Notes: generated by a model from the sequence alone, not told the origin. Counted from the first letter of the stretch, positions 17,545 through 26,984 are shown. The stretch: DNA of 32,000 nucleotides from Dickeya solani IPO 2222 (GCF_001644705.1 NZ_CP015137.1:2880001-2912000); one strand, 5' to 3'. Numbers and translations are program-made.

Positions 17545-18444
17545 ATGCAGAAACAGGATCAGGCGTTAATCGAGCAGTTTCTGGATGCCCTGTGGCTGGA
17601 GCGCAATCTGGCGGAAAATACGCTGTCGTCCTATCGCAATGACCTGCGCTCGCTGGCGGACTGGCTGGCGCATCATGACAGTAGCCTGTTGCAGGCGCAG
17701 CCGTCGGATTTGCAGGACTTTCTGGCTGAACGCCTGGAAGGCGGCTACAAGGCCACCAGTTCAGCCCGCCTGCTGAGCGCGATGCGGCGCTTGTTTCAGT
17801 ACCTGTACCGGGAAAAGCAGCGAACCGACGACCCAAGCGCGCCGCTGTCTTCACCCAAACTGCCGCAGCGGTTGCCGAAGGACCTGACGGAAGCGCAGGT
17901 GGAAGCGCTGCTGGCGGCGCCGGTTACCGATCAGCCGCTCGAACTGCGCGACAAGGCGATGCTGGAACTGCTGTACGCCACCGGCCTGCGCGTATCGGAA
18001 CTGGTGGGGCTGACCATTAGCGATGTCAGTCTGCGGCAAGGCGTGGTGCGCGTGATAGGGAAGGGCAACAAGGAACGGCTGGTGCCGCTGGGAGAAGAGG
18101 CGGTGTACTGGCTGGAGCAGTATCTGGAGTACAGCCGCCCCTGGCTGCTGAACGGCCAGACGCTGGATGTGCTGTTCCCAAGCAACCGCGCCCAGCAGAT
18201 GACGCGCCAGACGTTCTGGCACCGCATCAAGCACTATGCGACACTGGCGTCTATTGACAGCAATAAACTTTCTCCGCATGTTTTGCGTCATGCCTTTGCA
18301 ACCCACCTGCTGAATCACGGTGCGGATCTGCGAGTGGTGCAGATGTTACTGGGCCACAGCGATCTATCCACCACGCAGATTTATACCCACGTTGCGACGG
18401 AGCGGCTGAGACAACTGCATCAACAGCACCATCCCCGGGCATGA
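17545..18444 (+). CDS. xerD: site-specific tyrosine recombinase XerD
   Basis: ORF 17542..18444, with the ATG at 17545 preceded by GGGAGAG. It is nearly identical to E. coli XerD over long stretches (IEQFLDALWLE.NLAENTL, LELRDKAMLE.LYATGLRVSELVGLT, LSPHVLRHAFATHLLNHGADLRVVQMLLGHSDLSTTQIYTHVATERLRQLHQQHHPRA). Confidence 0.96.
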   Translation: MQKQDQALIEQFLDALWLERNLAENTLSSYRNDLRSLADWLAHHDSSLLQAQPSDLQDFLAERLEGGYKATSSARLLSAMRRLFQYLYREKQRTDDPSAPLSSPKLPQRLPKDLTEAQVEALLAAPVTDQPLELRDKAMLELLYATGLRVSELVGLTISDVSLRQGVVRVIGKGNKERLVPLGEEAVYWLEQYLEYSRPWLLNGQTLDVLFPSNRAQQMTRQTFWHRIKHYATLASIDSNKLSPHVLRHAFATHLLNHGADLRVVQMLLGHSDLSTTQIYTHVATERLRQLHQQHHPRA

Positions 18445-18533
18445 TGTCCGGCGGGCTGACAGGATGTCATGGCGGGTTCCCCCGCCAATGATGGATAAGC
18501 ACGGCGCTTGCGCCCTGATAACAGGATAATTCC

Positions 18534-19241
18534 ATGAAAAAACGTGTAGTACTCTTTTCATTGCTGACTCTGGCCTTGAGCGGCGTGGCGCGCGCGGACG
18601 ACGCCGCAATCAAGCAGACGATAAACCGTCTGGGCTTGCAGAACGCGGAAGTGAAGGATTCCCCCATCAGCGGGATGAAAACCCTGCTGACCGAGAATGG
18701 CGTGCTCTACATCACCGAGGACGGCAAACACCTGCTGCAGGGGCCGCTGTATGACGTCAGCGGTAAGAACCCGGTGAATGTCACCAACCATATTCTGAAC
18801 GAGCGTCTGGATGCGCTAAAAGACCAGATGATCGTCTATAAAGCGCCGCAGGAAAAACATGTCATTACCGTGTTTACCGACATCACCTGCGGTTACTGCC
18901 ATAAACTGCACGAGCAGATGAAAGACTACAATGCGCTCGGTATTACCGTGCGTTATCTGGCGTATCCCCGTCAGGGTATGAACTCTCAGGCGGCGAAAGA
19001 CATGCAGTCGATCTGGTGCGTGGCGGATCGCAACAAGGCGTTTGACGCTGCGATGAAAGGCGATGACGTGTCGCCCGCCACCTGTAAAACCGACATCGGC
19101 GCCCATTATCAACTGGGCGTGCTGTTTGGCGTGCAGGGTACGCCGGCGATCGTGCTGGACGACGGCACGGTGGTGCCGGGGTATCAGCCGCCCAAAGAGA
19201 TGATGGCTATGCTGGATGCGCACAAAGCCTCGCTGAAATAG
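18534..19241 (+). CDS. dsbC: periplasmic thiol:disulfide interchange protein DsbC
   Basis: ORF 18534..19241. A signal peptide is present, then MIVYKAPQEKHVITVFTDITCGYCHKLHEQM.DYNALGITVRYLA.PRQG and GTPA.VL..GT.VPGYQPPKEM, as in E. coli DsbC. AGGA lies 7 nt upstream of the ATG. Confidence 0.96.
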   Translation: MKKRVVLFSLLTLALSGVARADDAAIKQTINRLGLQNAEVKDSPISGMKTLLTENGVLYITEDGKHLLQGPLYDVSGKNPVNVTNHILNERLDALKDQMIVYKAPQEKHVITVFTDITCGYCHKLHEQMKDYNALGITVRYLAYPRQGMNSQAAKDMQSIWCVADRNKAFDAAMKGDDVSPATCKTDIGAHYQLGVLFGVQGTPAIVLDDGTVVPGYQPPKEMMAMLDAHKASLK

Positions 19242-19272
19242 GCGGTTAATTGAATCGAGTGGTTAATCAAGC

Positions 19273-21003
19273 GTGAATGTTGTTACCCAACTCCGTCGTC
19301 GCCCGACGACGGAGACAGAGTTACCCGACTCCCTCCCCGCATTGCTGCGTCGTTTATACGCGCAGCGCGGCGTACAACAGATGCAGGAACTCGAGCGCAG
19401 TCTGCGCGGCCTGCTGGATTACCGTCTGCTTGGCGGCATTGAGCAGGCGGTCGACGTGTTGCGTCAGGCGCTGGCGGACAACCGCCGCATCGTGATCGTC
19501 GGCGATTTCGACGCCGACGGCGCCACCAGCACCGCGCTGACGGTGCTGGCGCTGCGCAGCATGGGCGGCCGCGAGATTCAGTATCTGGTGCCCAACCGGT
19601 TTGAGGATGGCTACGGGCTCAGCCCGGAAGTGGTGGCGCAGGCCGCCGTCAAAGGCGCGGAGCTGATCGTGACCGTCGATAACGGCATTTCGTCGCACGC
19701 CGGGGTGGACGATGCGCACCGGCGCGGCATCGCGGTGGTGGTGACAGACCACCATCTGCCGGGGGAAACCCTGCCGGCGGCCGAGGCGATGATCAACCCT
19801 AACCTGCCGTATTGCGCATTTCCGTCGAAAGCGCTGGCCGGCGTGGGCGTCGCGTTTTACCTGATGATGGCGCTGCGGGCTAACCTGCGGGAGTCCGGCT
19901 GGTTTGCCGAACGTGGGCTGGCTGAGCCGAATCTGGCGGAACTGCTGGATCTGGTGGCGCTGGGCACGGTGGCGGATGTGGTGCCGCTGGACGCCAACAA
20001 CCGTATTCTGGTCTCGCAGGGATTGAGCCGGATCCGCGCGGGCAAATGCCGACCAGGGATTCGCGCCCTGCTGGAAGTGGCTAATCGCGACGCCGTCCAA
20101 CTGGTCGCGAGCGATCTGGGTTTTGCGCTCGGGCCGCGTCTTAATGCCGCCGGCCGGTTGGACGACATGTCCGTCGGCGTGGAACTGCTGTTGTGCGACG
20201 ACATCGTGCAAGCGCGGATGCTGGCCAGCGATCTGGATGCGCTGAACCAGAGTCGCCGTGAAATCGAAGCCGGCATGCAGGTGGAAGCGCTGCATTTGTG
20301 CGAACAGCTGGAGCGCAGCCGCGACACGCTGCCGCTGGGGCTGGCGATGTACCACCCGGAGTGGCATCAGGGGGTGGTGGGGATTCTGGCGTCGCGCATC
20401 AAGGAACGCTTTCACCGCCCGGTGATCGCGTTTGCGCCTGCGGGCGACGGTATTCTGAAAGGTTCCGGGCGGTCTATCGCCGGGCTGCACCTGCGCGACG
20501 CGCTGGAGCGCCTTGATACCTGTCACCCCGGTCTGATGTTGAAGTTCGGCGGCCACGCGATGGCGGCAGGATTGTCGCTGGTGGAGGACCGTTTTGACGA
20601 GTTTCGCCAGCGTTTTGCCGATCTGGTGGGCGAGTGGCTGGATGCGTCGCAACTGGAAGGCATCGTCTGGTCCGACGGCGAACTGGCGATCCCTGAACTG
20701 ACGCTGAGCACCGCTGAAATGCTGCGTGAGGCGGGGCCGTGGGGGCAGGCGTTTCCGGAACCGACCTTCGACGGGCGCTTTCGTCTGTTGCAGCAACGAC
20801 TGGTCGGCGAGCGCCACCTCAAGGTGATGGTGGAGCCGCTGGGCGGCGGCCCGCTGCTGGACGGCATCGCTTTCAACGTCGACACCTTGTTGTGGCCCGA
20901 CAGCAGCGTGCGCGAAGTCGAACTGGCTTACAAACTGGACGTCAACGAATTCCGCGGCAAGCGCTCGGTACAACTGCTGATCGAACACCTGTGGCCGTTG
21001 TAG
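19273..21003 (+). CDS. recJ: single-stranded-DNA-specific 5'-3' exonuclease RecJ
   Basis: ORF 19273..21003 with a GTG start, as reported for E. coli recJ. DHH and DHHA1 motifs are present (VGDFDADGATSTAL, VTVDNGISSHAGV, VVTDHHLPG, KFGGHAMAAGL). It is collinear with E. coli RecJ to the C-terminus. Confidence 0.95.
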   Translation: MNVVTQLRRRPTTETELPDSLPALLRRLYAQRGVQQMQELERSLRGLLDYRLLGGIEQAVDVLRQALADNRRIVIVGDFDADGATSTALTVLALRSMGGREIQYLVPNRFEDGYGLSPEVVAQAAVKGAELIVTVDNGISSHAGVDDAHRRGIAVVVTDHHLPGETLPAAEAMINPNLPYCAFPSKALAGVGVAFYLMMALRANLRESGWFAERGLAEPNLAELLDLVALGTVADVVPLDANNRILVSQGLSRIRAGKCRPGIRALLEVANRDAVQLVASDLGFALGPRLNAAGRLDDMSVGVELLLCDDIVQARMLASDLDALNQSRREIEAGMQVEALHLCEQLERSRDTLPLGLAMYHPEWHQGVVGILASRIKERFHRPVIAFAPAGDGILKGSGRSIAGLHLRDALERLDTCHPGLMLKFGGHAMAAGLSLVEDRFDEFRQRFADLVGEWLDASQLEGIVWSDGELAIPELTLSTAEMLREAGPWGQAFPEPTFDGRFRLLQQRLVGERHLKVMVEPLGGGPLLDGIAFNVDTLLWPDSSVREVELAYKLDVNEFRGKRSVQLLIEHLWPL

Positions 21004-21007
21004 TATG

Positions 21008-21049
21008 CCGGCGTCACAACTGACGCCGGGTTTCCCGGCGTTTTCTTTT
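21008..21049 (+). terminator. recJ terminator region with two mutually exclusive hairpins
   Basis: Segment 1 is CCGGCGTCA (21008-21016), segment 2 is TGACGCCGGG (21021-21030) and segment 3 is CCCGGCGT (21034-21041). The 1:2 pairing gives a 9-bp stem. The 2:3 pairing gives an 8-bp stem followed by TTTTCTTTT (21041-21049), a canonical terminator. Confidence 0.65.
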
Positions 21050-21168
21050 CACGATGCGGCGTATCCCGCTAAAATCGGTAAAAAGCTATAAACCACGGCG
21101 CGGATCCGCTACAATTCGCCGTTTACATGCATTCTGTCATCGACAAACAACATTAAGATCCTAACACC

Positions 21169-22267
21169 ATGTTTGAAATCAATCCGGTAAAAAATCGCAT
21201 TCAGGACCTGTCTGAACGGACAGCTGTTCTGAGGGGGTATCTTTGACTATGACGCCAAGAAAGAGCGTCTGGAAGAGGTAAACGCCGAGCTGGAACAGCC
21301 CGACGTATGGAACGAGCCTGAACGCGCGCAGGCGCTGGGGAAAGAGCGTTCCTCCCTGGAAATGATTGTCGACACCATTGATCAGATGGTTCAGGGGCTG
21401 GACGATGTCTCCGGTCTGCTGGAACTGGCGGTGGAAGAAGACGATGAAGACACGTTCAACGAAACCGCTGCCGAGCTGGATCAGCTGGAAAACAAGCTGG
21501 GTCAGCTGGAATTCCGCCGTATGTTCTCCGGCGAGTACGACAGCGCCGACTGCTACCTTGACCTGCAGGCCGGTTCCGGCGGCACCGAGGCGCAGGACTG
21601 GGCCAGCATGTTGCTGCGCATGTATCTGCGCTGGGCGGAAAGCAAAGGCTTCAAGACTGAAATCATCGAAGAGTCCGAAGGCGAAGTGGCCGGCGTCAAA
21701 TCCGCCACCATCAAGATCATGGGCGACTATGCGTTTGGCTGGCTGCGTACCGAAACCGGCGTACACCGTCTGGTGCGTAAGAGCCCGTTCGATTCCGGCG
21801 GCCGTCGTCACACCTCGTTCAGCTCCGCGTTCGTGTATCCGGAAGTGGACGACGACATTGATATCGAGATCAACCCCGCGGACCTGCGTATCGACGTATA
21901 CCGTGCGTCCGGCGCCGGTGGTCAGCACGTTAACCGTACTGAATCTGCGGTGCGTATCACCCACATTCCCACCAATATCGTTACCCAGTGCCAGAACGAT
22001 CGGTCCCAGCACAAGAACAAAGATCAGGCCATGAAACAGCTGAAAGCCAAGCTGTATGAGTTTGAAATGCAGAAGAAGAACGCGGAGAAACAGGCGCTGG
22101 AAGACAACAAGTCCGACATCGGCTGGGGCAGTCAGATTCGTTCTTATGTGCTGGATGACTCCCGCATTAAAGACCTGCGCACCGGGGTGGAAACACGTAA
22201 TACCCAGTCGGTGCTGGACGGTGATCTGGACAAGTTTATCGAAGCAAGTTTAAAAGCGGGGTTATAA
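21169..22267 (+). CDS. prfB: peptide chain release factor 2, requiring a +1 programmed ribosomal frameshift: join(21169..21243, 21245..22267)
   Basis: The ATG at 21169 encodes [25 protein letters not shown], then an in-frame TGA at 21244-21246. The +1 frame continues [34 protein letters not shown]... into ORF 21362..22267. The SPF and GGQ motifs are present ([31 protein letters not shown]). Confidence 0.95.
21232..21247 (+). other. prfB recoding signal: internal SD-like AGGGGG followed by the slippery CTT TGA C
   Basis: AGGGGG lies at 21232-21237 and CTT-TGA-C at 21241-21247. This is the same arrangement as the E. coli prfB autoregulatory frameshift site. Confidence 0.92.
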
Positions 22268-22276
22268 GGAATTCTC

Positions 22277-23794
22277 ATGTCTGAACCACAAAACCAGGGT
22301 GCCGAGCAGGCGCAGGATCTTAATAACGAACTCAGAACGCGCCGCGAGAAGCTGGCGTCGTTGCGTGAAACCGGCGTGGCTTTCCCGAATGACTTCCGCC
22401 GTGACAGCACGGCCGATCGGCTGCACGCCAGCTACGACGAAAAAGACAACGAAGAGCTGGAAGCGCTGGGTCTGGAAGTGAACGTGGCCGGCCGCATGAT
22501 GACTCGCCGTATCATGGGCAAAGCGTCGTTCGTCACGCTGCAGGACGTGGGCGGCCGCATTCAGCTATATGTGGCGCGCGACGATCTGCCGGAAGGCGTT
22601 TACAACGAACAGTTCAAGAAATGGGATCTCGGCGATATCGTCGGCGCGCGCGGCAAGCTGTTTAAAACCAAGACCGGCGAGTTGTCGATCCACTGTACCG
22701 AACTGCGTCTGCTGACCAAGGCGCTGCGTCCGTTGCCGGACAAGTTCCACGGCCTGGCTGATCAGGAAACCCGTTACCGTCAGCGCTATCTGGACCTGAT
22801 CGCTAACGAAGAGTCCCGCCATACCTTCCGCGTGCGTTCGCAGATTATGGCCGGTATTCGCCAGTTCATGGTCGGCCGCGACTTCATGGAAGTGGAAACG
22901 CCGATGATGCAGGTGATCCCCGGCGGCGCGGCGGCGCGTCCGTTCATCACCCATCACAACGCGCTGGATATCGATATGTACCTGCGCATCGCGCCGGAAC
23001 TGTATCTGAAGCGTCTGGTGGTGGGCGGTTTTGAACGCGTGTTCGAAATCAACCGCAACTTCCGTAACGAAGGCGTGTCGCCGCGTCACAACCCTGAGTT
23101 CACCATGATGGAACTCTACATGGCGTACGCGGACTACAAAGACCTGATCGAACTGACCGAGTCGCTGTTCCGCACGCTGGCGCAGGACGTGCTGGGCTCG
23201 ACTGAAGTGCAGTACGGCGACCAGGTGTTTGACTTCGGCAAGCCGTTCGAGAAGCTGACCATGCGTGAGGCGATCAAGAAATATCGCCCGGAAACCAACA
23301 TGGCGGATCTGGACAGTTTCGACGCGGCGAAAGCCATCGCGGAATCTATCGGCATCAAGGTGGAGAAGAGCTGGGGTCTGGGCCGTCTCGTCACCGAGAT
23401 CTTCGAAGAAACCGCCGAAGCGCATCTGATTCAGCCGACCTTCATCACCGAATACCCGGCGGAAGTCTCACCGCTGGCGCGCCGCAACGACCAGAACCCG
23501 GAAATCACCGACCGTTTTGAATTCTTCATCGGCGGGCGTGAAATCGGCAATGGCTTTAGCGAGCTGAACGATGCGGAAGATCAGGCACAACGTTTCCAGG
23601 ATCAGGTGGCGGCGAAAGACGCCGGCGATGACGAAGCCATGTTCTACGACGAAGACTACGTCACCGCGCTGGAGCACGGCCTGCCGCCGACTGCCGGTCT
23701 GGGCATCGGTATCGATCGTCTGGTGATGCTGTTCACCAACAGCCACACCATCCGCGACGTGATCCTGTTCCCGGCGATGCGTCCGCAGAAGTAA
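22277..23794 (+). CDS. lysS: lysine--tRNA ligase (class II)
   Basis: ORF 22277..23794, 505 aa. It is almost collinear and identical with E. coli LysS over long blocks ([88 protein letters not shown]). AAGGA lies upstream of the ATG. Confidence 0.97.
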   Translation: MSEPQNQGAEQAQDLNNELRTRREKLASLRETGVAFPNDFRRDSTADRLHASYDEKDNEELEALGLEVNVAGRMMTRRIMGKASFVTLQDVGGRIQLYVARDDLPEGVYNEQFKKWDLGDIVGARGKLFKTKTGELSIHCTELRLLTKALRPLPDKFHGLADQETRYRQRYLDLIANEESRHTFRVRSQIMAGIRQFMVGRDFMEVETPMMQVIPGGAAARPFITHHNALDIDMYLRIAPELYLKRLVVGGFERVFEINRNFRNEGVSPRHNPEFTMMELYMAYADYKDLIELTESLFRTLAQDVLGSTEVQYGDQVFDFGKPFEKLTMREAIKKYRPETNMADLDSFDAAKAIAESIGIKVEKSWGLGRLVTEIFEETAEAHLIQPTFITEYPAEVSPLARRNDQNPEITDRFEFFIGGREIGNGFSELNDAEDQAQRFQDQVAAKDAGDDEAMFYDEDYVTALEHGLPPTAGLGIGIDRLVMLFTNSHTIRDVILFPAMRPQK

Positions 23795-23811
23795 TGTTGT
23801 AATAGCAATAG

Positions 23812-23845
23812 GGTCAGACTCGTTTGTTTGCAGACGGGTCTGACC
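23812..23845 (+). terminator. possible lysS terminator
   Basis: GGTCAGAC (23812-23819) pairs with GTCTGACC (23838-23845) around an 18-nt loop, followed by the pyrimidine-rich GATTTCCTTCTCTC. Confidence 0.4.
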
Positions 23846-23934
23846 GATTTCCTTCTCTCTTCCCCTCTGTTATTTCCTGCCCTTGCTGTTCATTGTTGGC
23901 GAATGCTACTGTTTTGCTTATTTGGCTGTCGGGG

Positions 23935-24696
23935 ATGATGATGATCACGTACCGTAATGATGCGTTTGAGCTGGCGTTGTTAACCAACGGCAAGCGCTTC
24001 CCTCGTCACAGTCATGACGAGTTCGTCATCAGCGCTAATCTGGGCGGGCTGGAGCAGGTTTGGCTGGACGGCGACACCTTTGTTGCCGACACCTCAATGG
24101 TCACGACCTATAATCCCGGCCAGTTGCAGGGCAGCGAACACAGCCACGACCGCTGGCAATGCGCCTCGCTGTATGTGCAGCCTCAGGCGTTCGAAGACTA
24201 TTTCCAGCAATCGTTGCGGTTTTCACGCCCGGCCAGTGTGTCTCCCCGGCTGGCCCGCCAATTGACCCAACTGGTGACGGCGGTGATGACCCCCGCGCAG
24301 CGTGAGGAGCAGATCGTGATGTGGTTGTCTGAACTGATGACGCAGACCTACGGCGCTTCTGTTCCCCATCCCATACGCGAGCCGGCCCGTATTCGTCGTA
24401 TCAAAGCGCAACTGGCGAGCGATCTGGCCGAGATCCCAACGCTGTCCGAACTGGCGCGACAGGAAGGCATTTCCGCCGCGCATCTGGTGCGCGGTTTCAC
24501 CCATTCGGAAGGTATCTCGCCGCTGGCGTGGCTGATGCAGGTGCGTATGCGCCGAGCGCGTATCTGGCTGCGTCAGGGGATGCCTATCAGTCAGGTGGCG
24601 CTGGAATTGGGGTTTGCCGATCAGGCGCATTTTACCAAGGCGTTCGGCCGTTATAGCGCCATGACGCCGGGGCAGTTTCGCGATATCAAATTTTGA
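23935..24696 (+). CDS. AraC/XylS-family transcriptional regulator (cupin-like N-terminal domain plus C-terminal HTH)
   Basis: ORF 23824..24696. The upstream part overlaps the lysS terminator, so the start is among the ATGs at 23935, 23938 and 23941 (MMMITYRND...). The C-terminal AraC HTH is present (LSELARQEGISAAHLVRGF...WLMQVRMRRARIWLRQGMPISQVALELGFADQAHFTKAFGRYSAMTPGQFR). Confidence 0.85.
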   Translation: MMMITYRNDAFELALLTNGKRFPRHSHDEFVISANLGGLEQVWLDGDTFVADTSMVTTYNPGQLQGSEHSHDRWQCASLYVQPQAFEDYFQQSLRFSRPASVSPRLARQLTQLVTAVMTPAQREEQIVMWLSELMTQTYGASVPHPIREPARIRRIKAQLASDLAEIPTLSELARQEGISAAHLVRGFTHSEGISPLAWLMQVRMRRARIWLRQGMPISQVALELGFADQAHFTKAFGRYSAMTPGQFRDIKF

Positions 24697-24784
24697 CAAT
24701 ACAGACGGCAAATATCGCCGTAAGCTCGCCGCATATTAATTACCGGAAATACGTTACCGGAAAGAAGAATAACTGAGGGAAGCT

Positions 24785-25456
24785 ATGTTACTGGTGATGT
24801 TGAGCGGCTTGTTGTTGTCATTGTCGCTGTGTCTGGATTTGGGGATCGTCAATACCGCCATTATTAATCGCGGCGTTCGGGATGGCGCCGGCGCGGCGTT
24901 TTTTATCGGCCTGGGGTCCTGCTTCGGCGATCTGATTTACGCCACGCTGTCGGTGTTGGGGATGGCGGTGATTTTCAACTATACGCCGGTACGTTGGTTG
25001 TTGTGGATTGGCGGCGGCGGCGTGTTGCTGTGGCTGTCGTTCAACATGGCGCGCAGCGCCTGGCGCGACTACCGCCAGCATCGTGGTTTGCCGATCGACA
25101 CCGCTACCGTATTTTCACCGCGCGCACCGTCACCGGCTCACCGCGATTTTATCAGCGGAATGGGCATGGCGCTGGCGTCGCCCAGCGCGTTGCTGTGGTT
25201 TGCGGCGGTCGGCGGAACGTTGATTGCCCAGGCGACCGACGGCTCCGCCAGACAGGTAGCGCTGTTTCTGGGCGGATTCTTTATCGGCGGCGTGCTCTGG
25301 ACGCTATTCATGGCGCTGCTAATCCAGTTCGGGCGCGGCGCGTTGAAAGGCCGACTGTCGTTTTATTGCAGCGCGTTATCCGCCGTGCTGTTCGCCGTGT
25401 TCGCCGCACAGGTGATCGTGAACGGATACCAAACGCTGCTGACGCCGGCCAGTTGA
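24785..25456 (+). CDS. LysE-family (LysE/ArgO-type) amino-acid exporter
   Basis: ORF 24785..25456, 223 aa and multi-pass hydrophobic. GAGGGA lies 5 nt upstream of the ATG. It sits immediately downstream of the AraC-family gene on the same strand. Confidence 0.8.
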   Translation: MLLVMLSGLLLSLSLCLDLGIVNTAIINRGVRDGAGAAFFIGLGSCFGDLIYATLSVLGMAVIFNYTPVRWLLWIGGGGVLLWLSFNMARSAWRDYRQHRGLPIDTATVFSPRAPSPAHRDFISGMGMALASPSALLWFAAVGGTLIAQATDGSARQVALFLGGFFIGGVLWTLFMALLIQFGRGALKGRLSFYCSALSAVLFAVFAAQVIVNGYQTLLTPAS

Positions 25457-25497
25457 ATCGACTGCTTAAAACACGCGCAATCAGCCGGTGTTTTGTC

Positions 25498-25525
25498 TTG
25501 CCCGCCAGACAGATGACGCTATAAT
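25498..25525 (+). promoter_or_regulatory. candidate sigma70 promoter of the tRNA-Gly gene
   Basis: TTGCCC (25498-25503), a 16-bp spacer, then a perfect TATAAT (25520-25525). The tRNA 5' end lies 17 nt downstream. Confidence 0.45.
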
Positions 25526-25541
25526 GCCAGTCACTTTCGAC

Positions 25542-25615
25542 GCGGGCGTAGTTCAATGGTAGAACGAGAGCTTCCCAAGCTCTATACGAGGGTTCGATTC
25601 CCTTCGCCCGCTCCA
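25542..25615 (+). tRNA. glyU: tRNA-Gly, anticodon CCC
   Basis: A 74-nt cloverleaf: acceptor GCGGGCG/CGCCCGC, D arm GTTC-AATGGTA-GAAC, anticodon arm AGAGC-TTCCCAA-GCTCT, T arm GAGGG-TTCGATT-CCCTT, and an encoded 3' CCA. It matches E. coli glyU as recalled. Confidence 0.95.
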
Positions 25616-25770
25616 AGCCTTTCCTTACGCCTCTTAGCTTACTGAATCTCCTATCCCTGTCTATGTATTCCAGTGGAATGATGTCTGCATGTCTGTGTGT
25701 CAGGGCCGGCACCGCGGGCGGGCGTGCCTGCCTTAGCTCAGTGGGAAAAATGCGGGTATTTCTTGACTGA

Positions 25771-25788
25771 GATGACAAAATTGTCATC
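25771..25788. promoter_or_regulatory. CusR-box-type palindrome GATGACAA-AA-TTGTCATC upstream of the RND/two-component operon
   Basis: The 8-bp arms are perfect inverted repeats with a 2-nt spacer. The core ATGACAAAATTGTCAT fits the published E. coli CusR box AAAATGACAANNTTGTCATTTT at all 14 specified core positions. It lies 69 nt upstream of the adaptor-gene ATG (25857). Confidence 0.6.
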
Positions 25789-25856
25789 TGGGCAGCGCAT
25801 TTCTGTCGGTTGGCGGTGGGTAGACTTGAGCTATTTCTTTCCGGGTGTTAATTGCC

Positions 25857-26984
25857 ATGAAATTATTACGCTCAAGGCCGTTTATCGTCGTCAGCCTGAT
25901 GTTCGGCGCCGTCATGCTCTATTTTCTGTATTCCCGCCAAAGCGCCGTTTCCGCTACGCCGCGCAGCGCGCCCGTTCCGCTGGTGAGCCTGGTGCCGGCG
26001 CAGGTCAAATCGTTGCCGCTGACGCTCGCCACGCAGGGGCACGTCGTTTCGTTAAATCAGGTTGATATCCAGTCGCAGATTACCGGAACCGTTAAATCGG
26101 TGGAGTTTAAAGAAGGGGATGTGGTGCATCAGGGGCAACTGCTGTTCACGTTAGATGACAACACGCAGCAGACGACCCTGCACCGGGCGGTGGCGTCGCA
26201 GGCGGAATCACGCTCGCTGCTGGATAAAGCGCAGCGGGATCTCAACCGCGGGCGCGCGCTGAAAGCGCAGAATTATATCTCGGCGTCCGACTGGGACGCG
26301 TTGCAAAGCGCGCGGCAACAGTATGACGCGCAGTTTAACGCGGCGCGGGACGATATTCGCAGCGCGCAGGCGCAGCTTGGCTATACGCGCATTTACGCGC
26401 CGGTTAACGGCAAAACCGGGGCGTTGAACGTCCATCCGGGTAGTCTGGTGCAACCCGGCAGTTCGCTGCCGCTTGTCACCGTCAGCCAGTTCGACCCGAT
26501 CGGCGTCTCGTTTACGTTGCCGGAAAAAGATCTCAACCCGGTGTTGGCCGCACAGGCGCAGGGGCCGGTACGGGTGTGGGTGAATAACGCCAAAGGGCAG
26601 TCGGTAGAGGGCGTATTGGATTTTATTAATAACACCGTCAGCACCGAGTCCGGCACCATCGCGCTGAAGGCGCGCTTTAGCAACGCCGGTAGTCTGCTGT
26701 GGCCGGGCGCGTATCAGGCGGTCAACGTTGACGCGGGCACGGAAAACGTGGTCGTGCTGCCGCCGCAGGCGATTCAGAACGGCCCGGACGGGCATTTCGT
26801 CTATATCGTCGATAAGCATAATCAGGCGGTGATGCAGCCGGTGAACCTGTTGCGTATCCAGCAGCAGATGGCCGTCGTGGACGGCATATCGCAGGGAACC
26901 AATGTGGTGATAGAGGGCGCGAATAATCTGCGCCCCGGTATGAACGTCGCTGTGGCGAAAACCGATGCGGCAGGGCTGAACTGA
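25857..26984 (+). CDS. RND efflux periplasmic adaptor (membrane fusion protein), MdtA-like
   Basis: ORF 25845..26984 (ATG at 25857, GTG at 25845 as an alternative). It has an N-terminal membrane anchor without a lipobox, a lipoyl/hairpin region (Q.TG.V..V.FKEGD.V..GQLLF.LD) and the motif YTRI.AP..G. Its stop codon overlaps the RND start (TGATG at 26982-26986). Confidence 0.9.
   Translation: MKLLRSRPFIVVSLMFGAVMLYFLYSRQSAVSATPRSAPVPLVSLVPAQVKSLPLTLATQGHVVSLNQVDIQSQITGTVKSVEFKEGDVVHQGQLLFTLDDNTQQTTLHRAVASQAESRSLLDKAQRDLNRGRALKAQNYISASDWDALQSARQQYDAQFNAARDDIRSAQAQLGYTRIYAPVNGKTGALNVHPGSLVQPGSSLPLVTVSQFDPIGVSFTLPEKDLNPVLAAQAQGPVRVWVNNAKGQSVEGVLDFINNTVSTESGTIALKARFSNAGSLLWPGAYQAVNVDAGTENVVVLPPQAIQNGPDGHFVYIVDKHNQAVMQPVNLLRIQQQMAVVDGISQGTNVVIEGANNLRPGMNVAVAKTDAAGLN

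Noticed and set aside
19354-20988. 544-aa ORF antisense to recJ
   Set aside because: Same reasoning. RecJ on the plus strand is collinear with the E. coli protein, and the antisense product has no motifs.
21179-23425. 277-aa and 286-aa ORFs antisense to prfB and lysS
   Set aside because: These are shadow ORFs opposite highly conserved translation-factor genes.
25725-25765. tRNA-like string TTAGCTCAGTGGGA downstream of tRNA-Gly (possible tRNA remnant or att site)
   Set aside because: No matching D-stem closure (GAGC), anticodon arm or T arm follows, and I found no duplicated copy of the tRNA-Gly 3' end in the window.
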